A DNA stretch of 64,000 nucleotides from Squalus acanthias (lineage: Eukaryota). The stretch lies in NCBI GenBank assembly GCA_030390025.1, contig CM059431.1, positions 106,332,001 through 106,396,000 on the forward strand, read 5' to 3'. Made by a program: the position numbers and the translations under genes. The notes beneath the pieces were generated by a model. It saw nothing but the letters and a program-made list of their open reading frames with translations, was not told where the DNA came from and made no database searches. Shown piece by piece: positions 35,385 through 48,890 of the stretch. The number at the start of each line of letters is the position of its first letter. Position 1 is the first letter of the stretch.

Positions 35385-37958
35385 AAGAACATAAGAACAT
35401 AAGAAATAGGAGCAGGAGTCGGCCATTTGATCCTTCGAGCCTGCTCCGCCATTCAATAAGATCATGGCTGATCTTCTACCTCATCTCCACTTTCCTGAAC
35501 TATCCCCATATCCCTTGATTCCCTTAATATTCAAAAATCTATCGATCTCTGTCTTGAATATACTCGACGACTGAGCCTCCACAGCCCTCTGGGGTAGAGA
35601 ATTCCAAAGATTCACCACCCTCTGAGTGAAGAAATTTCTCCTCATCTCAGTCCTAAATGGCTGACCCCTTATTCTGCGACTGTGCTCCCTGGTTCTAGAC
35701 TCCCCAGCCAGGGGAAACATCCTCCCTGCATCTACCTGTCAAGCCCTGTAAGAATTTTGTACGTTTCAATGAGATCACCACTCATTCTTCTAAACTCTAG
35801 GCCTAGTCTACTCAATCTGTCCTCATAGGACAATCCCCCCATCCCAGGAAACAGTCTGGTGAACCTTCGTTGCAATGTATGTTGCAATGCAACCTATGGC
35901 AAGTATATCCTTCCTTAGGTAAGGAGACCAAAACTGTACACAATACTCCAGGTGTGGTCTCACCAGGGCCCTATATAATTGCAGTAAGACGTCTTTACTC
36001 TTATACTCAAATCCTTTTGTAATAAAGGCCAACATACCATTTGTTTTCCTAATTGCTTGCTGTACCTGCATGTTAACTTTCAGTGATTCGTGTACAAGGA
36101 CACCCAGGTCCCTCTGAACACCAATATTTCCCAATCTCTCAATATTTAAAAAAATACTCTGCTTTTCTGTTTTTCCTACCAAAGTGGATAACTTCACATT
36201 TCTCCACATTATATTCAATTTGTCATGTTCTTGCCCACTTACTTAGCCTGTCTATATCCCCCTGAAGCCTCCTTGCATCCTCCTCGCAACTTACATTCCC
36301 ACCCAGCTTTGTATCATCAGCAAACTTGGATATATTACATTTGGTCCCCTCATCCAAATCATTGATGTTGATTGTGAATAGCTGAGGCCCAAGCACTGAT
36401 CATTGCGGTACTCCACTAGTTACAGCCTGCCAACTCGAAAATGACCCATTTATTCCTACTCTCTGTTTTCTGTCTGTTAACCAATCCTCAATCCATGCTA
36501 GTATATTACCCCCAATCCCATGAGCCCTAACTTTGTTTAATAACCTCTTGTGTGGCATCTGATCAAATGCCTTCTGAAAATCCAAATACACCACATCCAC
36601 TGGTTCCCCCTTATCTATTCTGCTAGTTACAACCTCAAAAAACTCAACAGATTTGTCAAACACGATTTCCCTTTCATAAATCCTATTATTATTTTCTAAG
36701 TGACCTGTTACCACATCCTTAATAATATTCTAGCATTTCCCCACTACTGATGTCAGTCTAACTGATCTGTAGTTCCCCGTTTTCACTCTCCCTCCTTTCT
36801 TAAATAGTGTGGTTACATTTGATCCCTTCCAATCCACGGGAACCGTTCTAGAATCTATGGAATTTTTGAAGATGACAACCAATGCATCCACTATCTCTAT
36901 AGCCAACTCTTTCAAAACCCTAGGATGTAGGCCATCAGGTCCAGGGGATTTATCGGCTTTCAGTCCCATTACTTTCTCCAGTAATACTTTTTTACTAATA
37001 CTAATATCTTTCAGTTCCTCATTCTCGCTAGACCCTTGGTTGTCCACTATTTCCGGGAAGTTTTTTGCATCTCCTTCCGTGAAGACAGACACAAAGGGTT
37101 GGATTTTACCAACCCTGAGGATGCGGGTTTGGATGCGGGACTGCTGGGAAATGGGAAAAATTGGGACCCGTCTCCTAGCAGCGGGAAGGGGATTAGAGCC
37201 AATTAACTGCCTGTTAACAGAAAATTAACAGGCAGTTAAGAGGCTTTTCCCCATTTTCAGCCTGCTGATGTGGCCTTCCCGATGGCGGGAAACCCTGCCA
37301 GGGTCAGCGAGGCGAGCTGTGGGTCTGCTGCAGTGTAAGTGTGCAAATGACAGCTGCAGAGGTAGTGTGATGGGTGCAATGGTGCACAGGTAAGTATGAC
37401 AGGTGAGAGAATGTAGTGAGAAATATTTTTATTCTGTTTATATGTATCTGCAGGTGACAAGATTTGATGTTTCTGTGAAGCCTCATCTGATCGGGAGAAT
37501 TGACAGATGGCTTCTGCAATCTCACATGCAGCTGCCACCTGTTTTCTCCTAAGGAGAGAGTCATTGGTGAGCCTGGGTGAAAGGGCTCACCTTTGGACAG
37601 TGATTGTCAGTGTTTGACAGCACCTCAATGCTGTCAAACACTGACAATTCATCTGTCAAAAATTTATGGGGCCTGTCCCTATAAGAAAACCGGCAGATGA
37701 AGTGTCGTCAACTGACGTCATCTGACACCAGCTTTCCCTTAATTGGCTGGCAAGCCCGCAGGGCGGGCTTAACAAGGCCAATCAGGGGAAAATAGTGTCT
37801 ATTCGTAAGACGTCGCTGGGGGCGGGACTCGAACCTGGAAACCAGCAGTCCCGCTCCCAACGTGCCTCCTCAGGTAAGATTGCGGCCAAAGTATTTGTTT
37901 AATTTCTCTGCCATTTCCTTATTCCCCATTATAATTTCTCCTGTCTCAGCCTGTAAGG
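35385..37958 (-). mobile_element. CR1 LINE, ~1.8 kb of degraded ORF2 (RT) plus 3' UTR, interrupted by a MITE
   Basis: KSPGPDGLHPRVLKEL, PVDVVYLDFQKAFD, VTSGVPQ, LVRPHLEYCVQFWSP motifs with frameshifts; (AAGAACAT)n tail. Confidence 0.92.
37096..37887. mobile_element. Harbinger-like non-autonomous element in CR1
   Basis: Ends GGGTTGGATTTTACC / GGTAAGATTGCGGCC; AAA duplicated (37093-37095, 37888-37890); CR1 sequence joins cleanly across it. Confidence 0.7.
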
Positions 37959-38135
37959 TAGTAAAATGTCCCATTCCAGTTCCAAACTACTCCAAATTGA
38001 TGCAAATTGGCAATCACTCCAGAAATAATGAAACATTTCCCATTGGGACCCATCTTCTGAGGTTGGACTTGTTGAGACAGTGGAGAGTGTTGTTCTCAGG
38101 TTTGTGGTTGAGTAGAGGCAGCATTAATCTGCATT

Positions 38136-38368
38136 CAACAACAGCAATGACTTGCATTTATATAGTGCCTTTAACATAGAAAAACATCCCGAGGCGCTTC
38201 ACAGGAGCGATTATCAGATAAAATTTGACACCGAGCCACACAAGGGGATATTAGAACAGGAAGAGGTAGGTTTTAAGGAGTGTCTTAAAGGAGGAGAGAG
38301 AGGTAGAGAGGAGGAGAGGTTTAGGGAGGGAATTCCAGAGCTTAGGGCCTAAGCAGATGAAGGCACAT
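38136..38368 (-). mobile_element. L2 3' end
   Basis: [31 protein letters not shown] plus tail. Confidence 0.85.
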
Positions 38369-39006
38369 AGGGAGGAGGGAGAGCGTGTAGGACAGAGCAC
38401 TGGAGAAACAAAAGAGAAATGTTCAGAAGGGCACTGAGCCAAGTAGCATCAATCGAATAAGGAGAGGCAAGAAAGGTTGAAAGAAAAAAAGAGAGATTTG
38501 CATTTATATAGCGCCTTTCATGACTCAGGACGTTTCAAAGCGCTTTACAGCCAATGAAATACTTTCCACCTGAGAGAGTAGATGGGGGCCCTGGTTTAAC
38601 GTCTCATCCGAAAGACAGATTGAGTGATAATTCCCTCAATCTGGAGAATAGAAGTACAGTGGATTCACACGTGATCTTCTCAAGCCTGTTCCAACCGACA
38701 ACGGCTTAAGTGGCCTGTTCTGATACACGAGCTTGGCTATCACTCTGGAAATAGGATTGCAATGGGGAAAGAGTTTGGAGGCTAGACTGGGATCGTCTAC
38801 GAGACAACGCGCTTTTGCTTTCAATCTAACTGAGCAATATAGGTAAACTCTGCTTTCATTAGTGTCAAAGTAGCTTTTACACAACCTGTATGAGAAAGAT
38901 AGATACACGATAGTGGAAACAGACAGCAGCTGACAGGAGCAGTTTGGCTGAAGTCTGGAACACAAAATAGGACTAATCTGGCAGATGCAACAGCTGAACC
39001 GCGATG

Positions 39007-39428
39007 AACAACAACAACTTGTATTTATATAGCGCCTTTAACATAGTAAAACATCCCAAGGCGCTGCCCAGGAGTATTTTAAGACAACAAATTTGACACC
39101 GAGCCACATAAGGAGAAATTAGGGCAGGTGACCAAAAGCTTGGTCAAAGAGGTAGGTTTTAAGGAGCGTCTTAAAGGAGGAAAGAGAGGTAGAGAGGCGA
39201 AGAGGTTTAGGCAGGGAATTCCAGAGCTTAGGGCCCAGGCAACAGAAGGCACGGCCACCAATGGTTGAGCGATTATAATCAGGGATGCTCAAGAGGGCAG
39301 AATTAGAGGAGCGCAGATATCTCGGGGGCGGGGGGGGGGGTTGCGGGGCTGGAGGAGATTACAGAGATAGGGAGAGGGCGAGGCCATGGAGGGATTTGAA
39401 AACAAGGATGAGAATTTTGAAATCGATG
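39007..39428 (-). mobile_element. L2 3' end
   Basis: Near-identical to 4325-4730. Confidence 0.85.
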
Positions 39429-41129
39429 AAGAATTAAGATTGGCCTGATAATCCAGAATTTTCCTAGTACTGCCGTTTGAGTTTGCCGATCAGTTTTTGA
39501 ACAGATGGAACCAGAATATTCCAATCAATTGGGGACACGGATGCTGTGCTTGCCACAGAGCTATAAGCAAATGGAAAGAAAGTGTCACTGAATTGTCTTG
39601 AAAGGAGGAATGAATGACACTGCCTACGATTCACATTCTCAAGCTGTTAATCCCTAAATCCAATTTATGTTACTACTATGTATAACATAAGTGCCTCTTT
39701 GACATGAATAGGTTGCAAATGACTTCCTTATATCAACAGTCTGCAGTCTATGTGTCAAAATGATTTCTACAAGAATTAATGCCCTATTTCAAAAAGCATT
39801 TAATTCACACTAACTGAACAGAGGCATTCCTACCTTAGACTGTAGCTTTTCCTTTTACCATCAAACTAGAAAGTTCCACAAATTAAATGCAAATCAATGT
39901 CGAACCTCTGCTGGAAAGGTGCGTTCGTTTACAGGAATTGAACCAGACATTCCTAAACTAATGGAATTTCATTGGCATTTACCATGAGCAAAGATCAGAT
40001 CCAGCCCAATTCCTTGTCAGTTCGTTGGTATAGGTACCTCGTTGATACACACACTGCAGCAATGATTTGTACACTTAGGATACAGAAATGCTAAAATAGG
40101 GGCGAGCGGTAATGTGAGAGTGATACACGTGTGTTACGAACATACAAAATTGACGGGCAGGTAAAGACTAGCTGGTCCATCAAGCCTGTCCCACACCATG
40201 ATGGCCGCAGCACCATGGCTGAACACTTCCTCCATCCCTTCCTTCAACCCTCCATGTTCTCTCCGCCCTCCCCCTGTCCGCCCACGTCCCGCCCCCTCCC
40301 CCCCCACCCCCCCCAACCGCAGCTATGTAATCTCCTGGGGGAGGCAAAAAAAACAGAGACAAGACCCAGGGCTGATAAGGGAAAAAATACTCCGGAAATG
40401 TGAATGAGACGATGAGCAATTGCACATTATTAATTTCCTGGCCAACTGACAAAGCTACACCCTTTAATCCCACAGAGCAAATGGCACTAGTCACACATTA
40501 AAAGTGTCTGCACTGCAATTTGACATGCACTTTAAGAGCCTAATATTAAGCACAAAATAACTTAATTTGCACTTTAGGGAACAAATGATTTAACGCTAAT
40601 GATTTCATTATTTGAAAGGAAAGATCAAATTAGATACTATAATAGGCTTAGACAGAAGACTATAGTTCTGCCGTCACCTCTAGAGATTTGAGATTATATT
40701 CAGTCCAGGGATGGATGACAGTAGATACTTGTGACTGATGGCTGTGATATGAATTGCAGCAAAGGATGGCAAGTGTGATTTCTAACTGAAACCATATTGT
40801 GGAATGATCAAATACCAGATCTTACTGCATCAAATGACTACATTCTAGACTGAAGTCTAGAGTAACAGATTCCTAGGAATGATTACATCTCTGTAATCAC
40901 AGAGAGTTTGGGATGGTGTCTTAATTGCAACAGAGCACAATGGCCAAGAAATTTAAAAAAAACAGTAAATACTGTAAGACAGAGCAGGTCTGTCAGAATA
41001 GGTCAAGTGAAAAGAATACGTTAATGCGTTGTGCATAGACCTTTCATGGCCATATTGAAGATACTGGCTACTTGGTGAAATGTGGTTCCAATGTGCTGTC
41101 ACCCTGTTCAGGTAGACATTTTCCATGGT

Positions 41130-41460
41130 AGCCTAGACAGTGAATGCTAGCAGGCCATTTGACCACTGGAGGGCACTGCAGCCAAGACCAAACCTGCCCT
41201 CAGTTAATGGACACACAGGGTCACTTCCAGCCCTGGGGGTCACTGGATATAATACACAGGTACAGAAACCCCGACTGCTTCTTCGCTCCTTAATTCGGGA
41301 AGGGGGACCTGACCATTGATGCCAATTACAGCATCCCAGCTCGTGTCCCTGCCGAGAACAGGTCACTCAGCACAGTACAGGGATCATACCTGGGGCAATC
41401 CTAGTGTCTTAAAGCTCAGCCAATTGTTGACTTAATCAGCTGGAACCATCGAGGGAGCCC
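41130..41460 (-). mobile_element. Old, diverged tRNA-like SINE; related fragments at ~24440-24550 and ~30170-30400
   Basis: Degenerate head GGGCTCCCTCGATGGTTCCAGCTG... and body similarity between the three regions, judged by eye. Confidence 0.35.
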
Positions 41461-41980
41461 AACTTGAACTTGTAAGTCTCTTTTTTGGATGGAAAGAAAT
41501 AGCATTGCACAACTCCCTTGTGAATGTCAAAGTTATCACCATCTGCACACCCTGAGATAAGGTCTCTCGCAGTGCTCCTCATGAATTTTAGTCAATGGTT
41601 TCTCAACGTTGTGATTGGGAGCCACCCTGAGGAATGTTGCAGCAAGCTGCATCACTGAGTAATGGAGCGTGGATACGCTCCTGGAATTCCCCACATAATG
41701 AGCTTGCGATTTGATCCTGCCACTGGTGGGATTTGCCAGAAAGAGAAAAGAAAAACTTGGATGACCAATAGTTCTATCAAATAGTTCTGTTTTAATAGAG
41801 CTCTTGCACTTACTGTACGGAAGGTGGGATAGCTTGCCTCCCAAAAATATACCTTTTTTTGTTGAACGGCAAGAAAATAAGAGGCATTTCCAGTTTAGTG
41901 AATGCCCCAGCCAGGCCATCCATGCCAGCCCAGAGGCACATGGACGACAATAGGCAAAGGACAGGTGGATTTCAAATGAT

Positions 41981-42513
41981 TCCTCAAGTAAGGAGTTTGA
42001 TGGAATACTCTCCACTTGCCTGGATGAGTGCAGCTCCAACAACACTCAAGAAGCTCGACAACATCCAGGACAAAGCAGCCCGCTTGATTGGCACCCCATC
42101 CACCACCTTAAACATTCACTCCCTCCACCACCGGTGCACTGTGGCTGCAGTGGGTACCATCTACAAGATGCACTGCAGCAACTCGCAAGGCTTCTTCGGC
42201 AGCACCTCCCAAACCCGTAACCTCTTCCACCTAGAAGGACAAGGGCAGCAGGCGCATGGGAACACCACCACCTCCACGTTCCCCTTCAAGTCACACACCA
42301 TCCTGACTGAGAAGTATATCGCCGATCCTTCATCATCGCTGGGTCAAAATCCTGGAACTCCCTCCCTAACAGCACTGTGGGAGTACCTTCACCACACGGA
42401 CTGCAGCAGTTCAAGAAGGCGGCTCACCACCACCTTCTCAAGGGCAACTAGGGATGGGCAATAAATGCTGGCCTTGCCAGTGATGCCCAGATCCCATAAG
42501 CAAATAAAAAAAA
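41981..42513 (+). mobile_element. CR1-group LINE 3' end (second family)
   Basis: QVRSLMEYSPLAWMSAAPTTLKKLDNIQDKAARLI...SLHHR; 3' UTR GGGATGGGCAATAAATGCTGGCC and A-rich end. Confidence 0.85.
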
Positions 42514-42639
42514 ATCATGCTGTGAGTACCACTAATCTACACAGCAAATATACCCACAGTATAATTACGACACTGTACTCCAGTCATATAAGGCACCCAG
42601 GACTGACAACTGCAGATTATATACCAATATCCTTTACAA

Positions 42640-43092
42640 AAGAACTTGCATTTCACAGCCAATGAAGTACTTATGAAGTGTAGTCACTGTTGCAATATAT
42701 ATATAAATGCGCCAGCCAATTTGCACACAGTAAAGTCCCACAAGCAGCAATGAGATAAATGACCAGATAATCTGGTTTTTTTGGTGACATTGGTTGAGGA
42801 ATAAATTTTGCCAAGGAACATAAAAATAGGAGGGGGCCATTCAGCCCCTCGAGTCGTTTCCGCCATTTAATTAGATCATACTGATCTGTATCTTAACTCC
42901 ATCTACCCGACTTGGTTCGATATCCCTTAATACCCTGGCCTAACAAAAATCTATCAATCTCAGTTTTAACATTTTCAACTGACCGCCCCCCCCCCCGCCC
43001 CACCCCCAGCCTCAACAGCTTTTCGGGGGAGAGAGTTTCAGATCTCCACTACCCTTTGTGTGAAGAAATGCTTCCAGATATCACCCCGGAAT
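42640..43092 (-). mobile_element. Deu-SINE 3' fragment followed by a CR1 3' UTR fragment
   Basis: SINE tail 42640-42815; CR1 end AACATAAAAATAGGAGG...CCCTTTGTGTGAAGAAATG 42817-43092. Confidence 0.7.
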
Positions 43093-44229
43093 GATACCGA
43101 GGGAACTCCGCTTGTGGTTTCGCTGCCACTCAGGAACATTCACTGTTTGCACAGTGCCAATACTTGTATCCGGTCCAACACCCGAAGCTGGATGAGGCTT
43201 GGGGAGAATTTTGTATCAGTTTCACTGTAGGGTGCACACTGGAACAAACACCCAGATACCCAATGAATCATTTCTTTCTGACCTCGTGATTGGGTGTTGT
43301 GCTTTGTTTAAGCATCACTCCTTCAGAAACCACACCACAAGTCCATTGCCACTGCAATACATTGACCCAGTGTGTGTCAAGACAGACTTCCATTTGAATC
43401 CTGATTTTGTCATTTCGGTGCCAGACACAATAAAAGCCACAACTATAAATTACAGTGCGCCTGTTCGATGTGCAAGCGGGTCTTGCAGTAGTTTGGAAAA
43501 TGCTCTCCAATAGTAGCAGGGACTTCAAAGAATAAGAGGAGCGACACTATTAAATGCCATATAAGTATTATATTGGCATCTGAAAAGTAGATGGCCTTAA
43601 TGGACTAGTTCTGCCCGTCTGTATTTCAGTATCTCAGCAGGTACAGTAATCTGTCCAAGTCGACCCAAGCTGCAGCCGAGAGGGAATCAGAGACTGAAGC
43701 AGCAGATTTACTTCTTTCTAAATCTATTAGTAGAGAAGATCTTGCTCAGCACAATGTTACAAATGGCAATGTCAATCCAATTACACTTTTCTAGTTACAA
43801 CATTGTTTTTGAAAATTATACAGATACATTAAACAGAATGAGTCATCTGAATGGCTGAGGCAGCACAAATTAATATGTGGTAAAAGCCCAGATGCTTGAA
43901 ATAGTCTTTCTCCACTGACAGTAATGAACATTCCAGCAGATTGTCACCCAAATAGGGGACACCAAACTCATAAAAGTACTCTCGCAAAATCTGCTCTTGG
44001 CTCTTTAATTGGCTCCCTCAGCCCAGTATAAAACACATTGGGATGTTCATTATTAACCTATTAATACATGGTTGAGTGAAATGTTATTTTCTGATTGCAT
44101 AACCAATAGGTCATTAATTCCTGATGAAGGCTATTGGATTCATAAATAAATGATCAAATTCCTGGATTGGTCACTGAACGACCCCAATAAAAAGCAAACA
44201 AAATCATTTGTGCTGAGTTGACTAAGTAA

Positions 44230-44962
44230 GGTTGGGTTTGTACAGGACCTTAGTAATGTCGTACTTCGAGTATTGTGTGTAGTTTTGGGCAGCCCATTAT
44301 AGAAAGAATATAAACGATGGTTACGGTACAGCATAGATTCACTACAATGTTACCAGGGATGAGGGGTTACAGTTATGAAGCAAGACTTGAAAAATTAAGG
44401 TGTTTTCAATTCAGAAGGGTAAGGTCGAAGTCTTCAAAATGATGACGGGTTATGATAAGGTCAGTAGTGCCAGATTTCCACTGGTCAGTGAGATGGTAAC
44501 AAGAGTTGCAATTTCCACCAATTGGTTGACCATTGCTTTCGATCCCCGCCATGAACTCTGTTCCCTCACGACCGATTCCATCCCCCCCCCCTGGCCACTG
44601 GCTCAGGCTGAACTAGACTGCTTTCAGCCTCGGCATCCTATTGGACCCTGAGGTAAGCTTCTGATCACATATTCTCTCCATCACAAAGACCGCCTACTTC
44701 CAACTCTGTAAGATCTAACCCTGCCTCAGTCCACCTGCTGCTGAAGCCCTCATCCATGCTTTTAATACCTCCAGACTCGACTATTCCAATGCTTTCCTGG
44801 CCGGCCTCCCATCTCCAACCCTCTATAAACTTGAGTACATCTGCACGGATCCTAACCTTCACCAAGTCCTGCTCACCCATCACCCATGTGCTCGCTGACC
44901 AACATTGGCTCCTGGACCGGCTATGCCTTGAACTTAAAGTTCTCATCCTCATGTTCAAATCT
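44230..44962 (+). mobile_element. Old CR1 fragment (~44230-44510) fused to an internal L2 ORF2 fragment (~44515-44962)
   Basis: Degenerate LEYCV.FW motif; L2-type CTCATCCATGCTTT...TCCAGACTCGACTATTCCAATGC and ITHVLADQHWL...LKVLILMFKS. Confidence 0.65.
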
Positions 44963-45795
44963 CATGGGATAAGGAAGGCAGCCCCACAGCAAATGGCAGG
45001 AAGGTTAAAGGTAAACTTGCTTGCAGGATCAAAAAAGAAACAGATTTCAAAATCAGCAGAGAAATAAGGATTCTGCGAAGCTTCAAAAAGTATCCTCTGC
45101 TTTCTGCCCCCAGTGCCTAGCAACCCTGCACGCTTGTAGTATACAGGTGTGATAACCACCCAGCTTAAATAAGGGGAATATTGCACATCACTACATAGTT
45201 ACAGCGTCATTTAAGTATGCCTCAACACTTTCAAGCAGACCCTTCCACCATCTGCCGAAATGACGAGAAAAAATTGGGTGGGTGCGAAAGGCAAGACAGA
45301 TTCCTGCCACCCACCCCAAATTTCAGCCAAATATTTGGTGGCAAAATCCAGGTTTAGAAGACTGGCGGGTTATGGCCCGAATGGTTAAAACGTAAAAGGT
45401 GTGACATGAGCAGCTGAAAAGCTGAAGGAGATTCCTATAGGCCATTGGTAAATCAGCCAGTTACCCGGCACTTCTAACTGTACAGTCTCTGTCACATCAC
45501 ACATCTTCTATCAGTATGGGGGTCGTTGTAAGGTCATGAAAACGAATCATCAGGGAGAAAAGAAATATTAAGTAAGAAAGCCACATAATGCAAAGAACGC
45601 TATTAATACACTGGGGTTACCTTAGCAACGAGGAAATGCAACATGTTCTCTGTCAGAAGAATCCATTCTCTAGGGAGGAGATTTTGGAGACCAATAGGTT
45701 TTACTGTACGAAATGAAAACTCAAACTACAACCTGTTGGCTTTTGGGAAGCTGATTCTCCCTCCCTCCCTCAAGCAGGAATATGGTCTACGATAC

Positions 45796-46033
45796 GTGCC
45801 TTCAGTTGCCTAGGCCCTAAGCTCTGGAATTCCCTGCCTAAACCTCTCCGCCTCTCTTTCCTCCTTTAAGACGCTCCTTAAAACCTACCTCTTTGACCAA
45901 GCTTTTGGTCGCCTGCCCTAATTTATCCTTATGTGGTTCGGTGTCATTTTTTTGTCTTAAAATACTCCTGTGCAACGCCTTGGGATGTTTTACTATGTTA
46001 ACGGCGCTATATAAATACAAGCTGTTGTTGTTG
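45796..46033 (+). mobile_element. L2 3' end
   Basis: GGCCCTAAGCTCTGGAATTCCC...GGCGCTATATAAATACAAGCTG(TTG)n. Confidence 0.85.
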
Positions 46034-46835
46034 TTTTAAAGCTAGTTAGAGATGTTTGCGTCAATTTGCGCTTTGTAATTTTACTGGTTCACGCTACCGG
46101 CAGAAAGCCTCACCCACTCACTGTGAATGGGAAATTCAGACGCAGACTGCATGCAATCTTCTGAGGAAAATCATAGGCAGTGTGCACCTGAGCTGCCGAT
46201 TTTTGTGTTCACCCAAGGGTGGAGTCGGAATAAATTACAACCACTCCTCCACTCCCACCCCTGTAGTGTCTTCTCAAGATTTTCTCCAACCCTGTAGGAT
46301 TATCAGGCAGGACTGAGTCACTCTTAAGGCCACACTTTGCGAGTGAAATTCGGCGCTTGTTATACCTTCTATGCTTTATGTCACCCTGCAATACCAGCAG
46401 GTGGAAGAGAGTCATGAAAAGGAACTAGAGACACAGAGATAATATCCACAACTGTTATTTCTATGAGCACTGTAAAAGGCATCCTCTCTTCTCTTCTTCA
46501 GGCAGGAGGTCTGTGAAACGTTTTCAAGGGCAATTTCCCAGTGGGCAGCAGCAAAGCAGTATCCAACCAGCTGGAGAGATGAAAAGAGAAATAAAGGCTG
46601 CCAAATGCTGGCATCTGAAAACATGCTGGAAATACACAGAGGGCCTGTGAGCATCTGTACAGAGAACAATTAGGATAACGCTTTGGGCAAAGTGTTCTGA
46701 CAAAGGTGGGGTGGGGCAGGACAGGGATGAATTTCTATGGGAGTTCTCCTGCTTGTCTTTTGTCATTTTGGTGGAAGAGTTGCGAAAACCCTGGAAAAAT
46801 GGGGCTCTCCTGCCAAAGTTACAGTGGAAGAGAGA

Positions 46836-47240
46836 AAACATAGAAACATAGAACATAGAAAAATAGGAGCAGGAGTAGGCCATTCGGCCCTTCGAACCTG
46901 CTCCACCATTCAATATGATCATGGCTGATCCTCTATCTCAATACCAGAAAGGAGGGAAGGGAAGGAGGGAAGGAAAGAAAGTGGGGAAGGAGGGAAGGAA
47001 AGAAGAGAAGGAAGGAAAGAAGAGAGAGAGAGAGAGAAAGAAAGAAAGAAAGGTGTTGCATTTATATAGCGCCTTTCAAAACCTCAGGACCTCCCAAAGT
47101 ACTTTACAGCCAATGAAGTACTTTTTGAAGTGTAGTCACTGCTGTAGTGTAGGAAACGCAGCAGCCAATTTGCACACAGCAAGCTCCCACAAACAGCAAT
47201 GTGATCATGACCAGATGATCTGTTTTTAGTGATGTTGGTT
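46836..47240 (-). mobile_element. CR1 tail, purine-rich microsatellite (46946-47050) and Deu-SINE 3' part
   Basis: (AACATAG)n CR1 tail; (GGAA/GA/GAAA)n; SINE tail TTGCATTTATATAGCGCC. Confidence 0.75.
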
Positions 47241-47648
47241 GAGCCCTGGTGTAACTTCATCCCAACGATCGTCATCTGAAACATTGGCCTGCCTTTTCTC
47301 TTTCCAGATGCCAACAGACCCACCATTCTATTTTCATACCAAGCGAAAGGAATTAGCCAGAGCCGGTACACAAGCTATTTCCTGTTGGTCAGGTGGGGCA
47401 ATATATTTAAATTCACTGCCAGCGGGGAATTAGTTATTTTACATCAAAGCCTAGATTTTCTGATTAGCCGCAAGCTCAACGGAAATTTGGGAGGTGTGTT
47501 TGCACCCACCCACCCAGCATGCTAAGCACCAACTCCACCATTGTTTCAGGGGGCAGGCTGATCGAAATATTTTGGATAAGCGGACCTCCAACCTGAAGAA
47601 AAGAAGCAAGGATGCATTTTGCAGGACTCATAATAATAGTTGTGGATA

Positions 47649-48184
47649 CAGGTTGAGCGTCCAAAATACGGAGTTCCGGAGGGTCGTCCGGAATCGTGAA
47701 AATGTTCCGGAATCCAGAACTCCGGATTTTGGACGCTCAACCTGCACAACAAAAAGCCATTAACTTTTGATGTCTTTTTTTGAAAAATCCTATGAAAAAT
47801 GCGAGTGATGCAATAAAACTTTAGTGTTGTGTGTTATCCTCCTTAATCTGCACAGCTCCACTAAGTGTTTCCGCCAGGCTGCGGCCACGGCACCACGCCG
47901 CCCTGGTGGCCTAGTGTGGGCCATCAGATGCTCTGCAGAGCTCGCAGCCTCCCTCCCCTTTAACAGAAGGGGAGGGGCGGAGAAACGCGTCAGCGCTACG
48001 TGGAGCGGCCCAGGCATTTCCTGACTCGGAACGTGTTTCTGATGTCCGAAGTCCGGAAACACCTGAGCCCAGGTTGCGATATTTCCGGACTTCGGACATC
48101 AGAAACACGTTCCGAAGTCCGGAAAAACACGAAAACCAGCTCGGCCTCGGTCCCGAGGTTGCCGGATTCAGGACGCTCAACCTG
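47649..48184. mobile_element. Tc1/mariner (Tigger/pogo-like) MITE
   Basis: TIRs CAGGTTGAGCGTCC / GGACGCTCAACCTG flanked by TA on both sides; extra internal TIR ending at 47744. Confidence 0.85.
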
Positions 48185-48423
48185 TATTATCTTTGTGTCT
48201 ATAATTTCCTTTCAAGACTCTCTTCCATCTTCAGGAATTGCAAGGTGCCATCCATAATAGACCACACCAGATAAAGATACTGCCCAACCCCATCTTTCAC
48301 TGTGCTGGACACCAGCTTTGGCTCCCAGTGCTGTACTCAGGTCACAAGGAACAAGTTAGGCTGCAGCTCATTCAGTCTCAGTATTACAACTCACCAAAAG
48401 CACCACAATTAATATGAACTAAT

Positions 48424-48890
48424 TGTAACAGTGAGAGAGGGATGATCTGTAAGTCATAGGATGTTGAGAGCTCTGTATCCAAGATAGGGATACAACTTTA
48501 ATAAAAGGCAGGATAGCTTTAAGAAATCATTGACCTTAAGTTACCTTCAATCAGGAACAACTCCCAGCCTGCAAGAATGAAAGGCAGGGAAATGGTTCAG
48601 TTGGGAGAGAAAGGAACCGAGAGGGATAAGAGGTAGCTGGAAAGTAATACCTGTCTTGTTCATTGCCAGAAGTAAAGACACCACATCGGTGAATAAACCT
48701 CACCTTGTTTAAGCTCCAATCTGCAAGTCTAATTAACCATCGGGTTCCAGGCCTGCTTCAGCTTGTTACATATGGTGTCAGGAGTGGGATTTTGGCACTC
48801 TGAGAAAGGCCAAGACCCACCATCATGGAGGAAATGCTGAGAGCATTCATGCAGGCTACATTGGCACAACAAGTCCAGACTAAATCTTAA
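48424..48890 (+). mobile_element. Gypsy-type LTR retrotransposon 5' end: LTR, PBS, start of gag, then truncated
   Basis: LTR TGTAACA...TGTTACA (48424-48770) with AATAAA; PBS TGGTGTCAGGAGTGGGAT (48773-48790) complementary to the tRNA-Leu 3' end; short ORF MEEMLRAFMQATLAQQ at 48825. Confidence 0.8.
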
